Shown here one piece after another: positions 58,472-64,000 of a stretch of 64,000 nucleotides of DNA. The position numbers and the translations under genes were made by a program. How positions within the stretch are numbered: position 1 is the first letter of the stretch; every line of letters starts with the position of its first letter. Below the pieces are notes generated by a model. It was not told the origin of the DNA, did no database searches, and saw only the letters and a list, made by a program, of their open reading frames with translations. This DNA comes from a bacterium (GTDB lineage: Bacteria > SZUA-182 > DTGQ01), in NCBI GenBank assembly GCA_040752695.1, contig JBFMGO010000014.1, positions 13,673 through 77,672 of the forward strand, given 5' to 3'.

Positions 58472-61156
58472 TTATTGTCCGCAGCATTTTTTAAATTTTT
58501 TCCCGCTCCCGCACACGCATGGATCATTTCGCCCCACCTTTGGCTGTTTTCTCTGGACAGGCATCTGCTTTTCACCGCTGGCCCTGGCTGCCTGATCAAT
58601 CTCTCTTTGTACTTTGACTCTTCTGCGCCGCTCCCGCTCTTCTTCCTCCCGGTATTCCTGAACCATGAAAAGATGCTGAATGGTCTGTTCCTTGATTCGA
58701 TGAATCAGGTCGTTGAAGAGTTGAAAACCTTCCTTCTTATATTCGATCAGGGGATCCCTTTGGCCATACCCCCGCATTCCGATGCCTTCTTTCATGTGGT
58801 CCATTTCCAGGAGATGGTCTTTCCAGTTTATATCGATGGACTGGAGCATGATGATTTTTTCCAGGTGTCGCATCATGGGGCTGGTGATGATCTTTTCCTT
58901 CTTTTCGTAATTGGCTAAAATCGCCTCCAGGATTTGATCATAGAGCTTGGCCTGTGTCGTATTATCGAGGAGGTTACTCAAGTCGTACTTTAAACAAAAT
59001 TGTTTGATCAGTGCGTTGCTCAACCCTTTAAGGTCCCAGTCCTCAGGACGGTTGGTGCGAGAGGCGGAGGTATAGGTGGACAGACAATCATCGAGGCAAT
59101 CCCCGATCATCTGGTCGATGAGTGATTTTAGATCATCCTTTTCCAGTACCTGCCGCCTTTGCTGGTAGATGACCTCTCTTTGCTTGTTCATGACATCGTC
59201 GTATTCCAGAAGATGCTTTCTGGCCTCGTAGTTCTTGGCCTCCACCTTTTGCTGGGCATTTTCAATAGCTTTGCTGATCATATTGTGCTCGATCGGCTGT
59301 CCGTCATCAATGCCCAGTTTATTCATGACCTTGGTGATCATTTCTCCGCCAAAGATACGTAACAGGTCATCTTCCAAGGATAGATAGAAGCGGGAAGAAC
59401 CAGGGTCTCCCTGACGTCCCGATCGCCCGCGGAGCTGGTTGTCGATCCGGCGGCTCTCATGCCTTTCCGTACCCAGGATATGCAGGCCTCCCAGTTCCTT
59501 GACCCCCTCTCCCAGCACGATGTCCGTTCCTCGTCCGGCCATGTTGGTGGAGATGGTCACTGCACCCATCTGACCTGCCTGGGCCACGATTTCCGCTTCC
59601 CTCTCATGGTGTTTGGCGTTCAAGACATTATGGGGTATACCCCTTCGCTTGAGCATTTCGTGAAGATGCTCGGACTTTTCGATGGCGATAGTTCCTACCA
59701 GCACTGGCCGTCCTATCTTGTTCAGTTCCACGATTTCGTCAATAGCTGCATTGAATTTTTCCCGTTCCGACTTGTAAATGACATCTGGATAGTTGGTTCT
59801 TCGGAGGGGCTTATTCGTGGGAATAACGATGACATCCAGGTCATAGATTTTTCGAAATTCCGTGGCTTCAGTATCCGCAGACCCCGTCATACCGGCCAGT
59901 TTCTCGTAGAGGCGGAAATAATTCTGAAAGGTAATGGTAGCCAGAGTCTGATTTTCCTGGGCTACCTTGACCCCCTCCTTGGCCTCCAGCGCCTGATGCA
60001 GCCCGTCGCTGTATCGTCGTCCAGGCATCAGGCGGCCGGTAAATTCATCGACGATAATGACTTCGCCCTCTTTGACCACGTAGTCCACATCTTTTTTGAA
60101 AAGCTTATGGGCCCGCAACGCCTGCTCGAGGTGGTGGATGGTATCCAGATGCTTGGCAGACAGCATGCCATCCTGACCTTCCTGCTGTTCGTACAGGTCA
60201 TGAATTCCCAAGATCTGCTGCGCATTGAGAATTCCTTCCTCGGTAAGTGTAACGGTCCGTTTTTCCTCGTCTATCTCATAGTCCTTATCTCTGTTGAGCC
60301 GGGGGATGACCCGGTCGACCAGAGTATATTCATCCGTGGATCCTTCGCTGGGACCGGAAATAATCAAGGGGGTCCGGGCCTCATCGATCAAAATGCTGTC
60401 GACCTCATCGACAATGGCAAAATAGTGTCTTCGCTGGACATAGTCCGCGAGCGTGAATTTCATGTTGTCCCGCAGATAATCGAATCCGAATTCATTATTG
60501 GTTCCGTACGTGATATCGCAGCCGTAAGCCTGCTGACGCTCCTTGTCGTCCAGATCATGAACAATCAGCCCTACACTCAGGCCGAGGAACTGATACACTT
60601 TCCCCATCCACTCGCTGTCACGTCTGGCCAGATAATCGTTGACCGTAACAATATGAACTCCCTCACCGGTAATACCATTCAGGCAGGCGGGAAGGGTAGC
60701 GACAAGGGTTTTCCCCTCTCCGGTAGCCATTTCAGCGATATTCCCCTCGTTCAGAACCATCCCTCCCATGAGCTGCACATCGAAATGCCTCATGTTCAGG
60801 ACCCGCTTGGCTGCCTCGCGGGTTATGGCAAAGGATTCGCACAGGATCTCATCCAGGATCTGCTGCCGAATCTTAGCCATACTTTTATGTATTCTCTCAG
60901 ACTCCACTTTGTCTTGAAGGTCAAGAAGATTGAGCTGGGCTAAGCGGGCATCGTCAATCCCAGCGTCGGTTTTCATCTTTTGCAGCTTTTCCTGATAGGA
61001 TTGCCTGAACTTATCAACTCTGCCACGAAGTTCAGCATCGCTTAAACGGCTCATCTCCGGCTCAAGGGCATTTATCTTCTCCACGGAGAGCATGAGCCGT
61101 TTAATTTCCCGTTGGTTTTTACTCCCCACAATTTTGGTTAAAAGACTTTGAAGCAT
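58472..61156 (-). CDS. secA: Preprotein translocase subunit SecA
   Basis: [40 protein letters not shown]-terminal SEC-C motif. Confidence 0.99.
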   Translation of the reverse strand: MLQSLLTKIVGSKNQREIKRLMLSVEKINALEPEMSRLSDAELRGRVDKFRQSYQEKLQKMKTDAGIDDARLAQLNLLDLQDKVESERIHKSMAKIRQQILDEILCESFAITREAAKRVLNMRHFDVQLMGGMVLNEGNIAEMATGEGKTLVATLPACLNGITGEGVHIVTVNDYLARRDSEWMGKVYQFLGLSVGLIVHDLDDKERQQAYGCDITYGTNNEFGFDYLRDNMKFTLADYVQRRHYFAIVDEVDSILIDEARTPLIISGPSEGSTDEYTLVDRVIPRLNRDKDYEIDEEKRTVTLTEEGILNAQQILGIHDLYEQQEGQDGMLSAKHLDTIHHLEQALRAHKLFKKDVDYVVKEGEVIIVDEFTGRLMPGRRYSDGLHQALEAKEGVKVAQENQTLATITFQNYFRLYEKLAGMTGSADTEATEFRKIYDLDVIVIPTNKPLRRTNYPDVIYKSEREKFNAAIDEIVELNKIGRPVLVGTIAIEKSEHLHEMLKRRGIPHNVLNAKHHEREAEIVAQAGQMGAVTISTNMAGRGTDIVLGEGVKELGGLHILGTERHESRRIDNQLRGRSGRQGDPGSSRFYLSLEDDLLRIFGGEMITKVMNKLGIDDGQPIEHNMISKAIENAQQKVEAKNYEARKHLLEYDDVMNKQREVIYQQRRQVLEKDDLKSLIDQMIGDCLDDCLSTYTSASRTNRPEDWDLKGLSNALIKQFCLKYDLSNLLDNTTQAKLYDQILEAILANYEKKEKIITSPMMRHLEKIIMLQSIDINWKDHLLEMDHMKEGIGMRGYGQRDPLIEYKKEGFQLFNDLIHRIKEQTIQHLFMVQEYREEEERERRRRVKVQREIDQAARASGEKQMPVQRKQPKVGRNDPCVCGSGKKFKKCCGQ

Positions 61157-61408
61157 AATACGATGGTCCTCATTATCCGAGATTCGGTACTCTCAGCGTT
61201 AACTGTCAAATGGGTAAAGGTTCTATAGCGGTTTTCACTTGAGCAGAACTACAGTAGTTGCCGCTGAACCGCTAACGACAGCACGTTATGTTGTAGTACA
61301 TACGACTGCAAACCGCTATAAGAGCCTATCCGTAAAATCCTGGACTGCCGCATCACTGCGAGAACCAGGCTCGCGTTTCGGATAGGTGTTCAGTATACAG
61401 ACCGCGAT

Positions 61409-61660
61409 AATTACCCGGCTGTTTTTTTGTATCACTGATATAAATCCAGTGCACCTGATAGAGAATAGGCCGGGTGGGGCAAAAAGCCTCACCCGATATC
61501 GCTGATGTTGGTGGGATACGGCCCCACCCTGCATTTATTTTACTTTCCGATGCTCCCTGGCTACGTATTTCAGATACGCAGGCCAGCAAGACTATAACCC
61601 TGGCCTAAAGCCTGATCGAGGATTAAACCTGTTTGCACGGCTTGAGCTTGCGGGGTAATT
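61409..61660. mobile_element. Putative MITE/REP composite element between secA and the M23 gene
   Basis: Terminal IR AATTACCC/GGGTAATT; internal GGGTGGGGC..GCCCCACCC hairpins; similar in reverse to 32164..32428. Confidence 0.5.
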
Positions 61661-61679
61661 CCAGGGCAGGTCTTGCCTC

Positions 61680-62621
61680 TTAAAAAAGCTTAGCCAAAAG
61701 GTATTTCCTCGGGTTGAGACACTGGCCGTCTTTTTTAATTTCGTAATGCAAGTGAGGCGCTGTGCTTCTCCCCGTGTTTCCGACATAACCAATAAGCTGG
61801 CCGCACTTTACCCTATCGCCTGATTTTACAACATTTATCGAATTATGTCCATACAAAGTGGAGAAACCGAAAACATGCTGGATGATAATCAGATTTCCAT
61901 ATTCACCCTTGCGGCCACTGAAAGTGACAATCCCCTGGCTGACAGCGTAAATGGGAGTCCCGGTTCGGGTGGCAATATCAAGCCCCTTATGAAACACTCT
62001 CCTTCCGGTAAAGGGAGAGATTCGATAGCCAAAGGGAGAACTGATCCACCCATGGGTAGGCCAGGGAGATGGCTGAAAGGTCGGATGTTCCTTCTGCCCC
62101 CGTATCCTAATCAGCTCAAGAAAATCCTCTTTGATGCAGGAGTCTCTCCCTGTGTACTTGCAGTACTCCTGGGAAAGCAGTACCAGGTCAATTTCCTCAA
62201 GATCTTCTTCCAGCTTGGGTAAACGAAGCGAATCAACGAAGACAGAACCCAGTTCGAGGGAGAATTCCTCACCGGGACTTTGCGGATTCCAGAAAGCGAT
62301 CCCCTGAGAGGATGAATTCCAGCCGTTGTACAGGATGATCTGATCAGGGCTAAAATCGATCGCCGTTTCCTCCTGGATGTCCGTCTCTTCTCCCCCAGGA
62401 GCAAACAAAGAGAATAACGGCCTAGACTCCTCATCCGGAAGGGACGGTTTCAGGGGTAAAGGTTCGAGAGAATGGATATTGGCCTCGGCCAGAGTCGGTG
62501 CCTCACACAAAGGAATTCTCCGCTTGACAAAATCAAAGGAGAAACAAATGCCAAGGACGATAACCAATAAAAAAGCAGCAAAAACCTTTCCAAAGAATTT
62601 TCTCGATATTTCAATCAGCAC
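61680..62621 (-). CDS. M23-family metallopeptidase, membrane-anchored
   Basis: HKGLD, YGNL, YGH, GRSTAPHLHYE; N-terminal TM. Confidence 0.93.
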   Translation of the reverse strand: MLIEISRKFFGKVFAAFLLVIVLGICFSFDFVKRRIPLCEAPTLAEANIHSLEPLPLKPSLPDEESRPLFSLFAPGGEETDIQEETAIDFSPDQIILYNGWNSSSQGIAFWNPQSPGEEFSLELGSVFVDSLRLPKLEEDLEEIDLVLLSQEYCKYTGRDSCIKEDFLELIRIRGQKEHPTFQPSPWPTHGWISSPFGYRISPFTGRRVFHKGLDIATRTGTPIYAVSQGIVTFSGRKGEYGNLIIIQHVFGFSTLYGHNSINVVKSGDRVKCGQLIGYVGNTGRSTAPHLHYEIKKDGQCLNPRKYLLAKLF

Positions 62622-64000
62622 TTTTAACTCCCATCCCCCTACGATAATCCCAGTTGCATATTACAGGTTGCGACAGGTTGCGAGCGAGTTATAGGTTTGC
62701 TGGTGAATTGCAAATCTGAAAGGAATTGGCATATGTATTGGCGTATGTATGAATTGGCGTATTATGAATGTGAATGAGTCGAAGGCTGATATACTCCATG
62801 CTATAAAACCTGAAAAACTCATAACCCGTAACGCACCCGAAACTCGTAAAAATAATCCCCAAAATCTGCAATAAATGATTCACCTGATAATAATCCCAAA
62901 GCCTTTAAACCCATAATCCCGCACATTTAAATCCATAATCCCGTACATTTGGATCAGAGTAATAAAGGTTAACTGGTTCGTATCAAAACTACGTCCCTTT
63001 TCCCCAAGCGATAGCCGCCGTACCTTGTCTTGGAGAGCAATGCGCACATTCTGTGCCTCATTCATGAGGCCGAATCAACCCGAGAATGTAAAATCCCCTT
63101 CAACATTCCCCTGCTGAGAAAGGATCCGAGTGGCTGCCTGAAGATTTTTTAAATAAAAAACATTCCATCGGGGCATGGGCCTATCTGGAATGGGAATAAT
63201 ATTCTTCATAACTATTCATCGGCATTAATAAAATAATAATCGGCAGCAAACAAACCGGCGGCTTCGAATAAAGAATACTAACGAAAGAATATTAACGAAA
63301 GACACCATTACTGTAAAGATCGTACTTCCAGATTTCCTGAACTGTAATGATAGTACTTCCGGATTTCCCAGATTTCTCGGGTTTTCCCTGGATTCCCTTT
63401 GTTCTCATCGGAAGTTCCTGGTTCCACCGGGAGTGGGTGACTCCCTGGGCTCCTCTTGGGAATTCCCCGCTCACTTAGGGGCCCCCTGGTTGTTCAAGAT
63501 CCAGAATAATAGACTATCCTGAAAGATTTTGCAAGCTCTTCTGTTCTGGCATAAAGGAAAGCGATGGATTATCCATGGCTCTGGCGGGGGCATCTGTACA
63601 TTCCCCCCTTGATGCAGGATGGGTGAATTCTCGTGTCCTTCCGGTAAGCCTGCATGAAAAATAGGAAATAAAGCATTATCATAGGTTATCCAACAGACTA
63701 AGATAAGGGAGGATAATCTGTGAAACAAGATTGCGAACCAGTCGTTAACCCTGAATCCAGAGTGAACAAGTTATGCATAGTAAGTTCTGTGTTTTCCCTC
63801 TGATTTTTTTTGGAAAAAACACGCTACTCACTCATAATAAGATACAAAGTTACGGATTTATGTCATTGTCTTCACCTTAACCATGAAAATTATGTTTTCT
63901 GGGCATACCTATCCGCTCAACTGGCGACTGCCGGTGTATTAAGGATTTTGGGATAGTGAGTATGTCTATACCGGCAATGGATTTAATACTTGATACAGCC

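Noticed and set aside
59459..60943. Long antisense ORFs (494 aa opposite secA; similar ones opposite fdnG/H, tadA, fumC and pcrA)
   Set aside because: Shadow frames of conserved genes, without motifs of their own

Overview
Chromosomal window from a diderm, probably anaerobic bacterium (lineage not assignable from this window). In order: (1) a three-gene module of a pilin-like secreted protein, a tandem Ig-fold chaperone-like protein and a TPR-secretin, with no usher; (2) a Tat-exported selenocysteine formate dehydrogenase operon (fdnGHI-type; the ORF track splits fdnG at the Sec UGA); (3) a divergent trpC/trpF/trpD-like cluster lacking trpE/G/A/B but including a RibD-type reductase, an acetylene-hydratase-family molybdopterin enzyme, an Lrp ligand-binding domain and a nearby MFS transporter, interrupted by two toxin-antitoxin pairs and a 341-bp duplication; (4) four glycosyltransferases; (5) a Tad/Flp pilus locus with two pilins, one missed by the ORF track; (6) mostly housekeeping genes (fumC, trxB, polyprenyl synthase-apbE-NusG II-Gx, DnaJ-class, gatC, pcrA, ilvE, PSRP, DinG, DUF62, CN hydrolase, secA, M23). 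Short tandem duplications are pervasive, including in-frame insertions in enzymes, and a small MITE/REP-like family is present. The best candidates for undescribed systems are the trp-like/RibD/Mo-enzyme pathway and the pilin-chaperone-secretin module. No rRNA, tRNA, CRISPR array or transposase was recognised. All family calls come from motif recognition by eye, not database searches.
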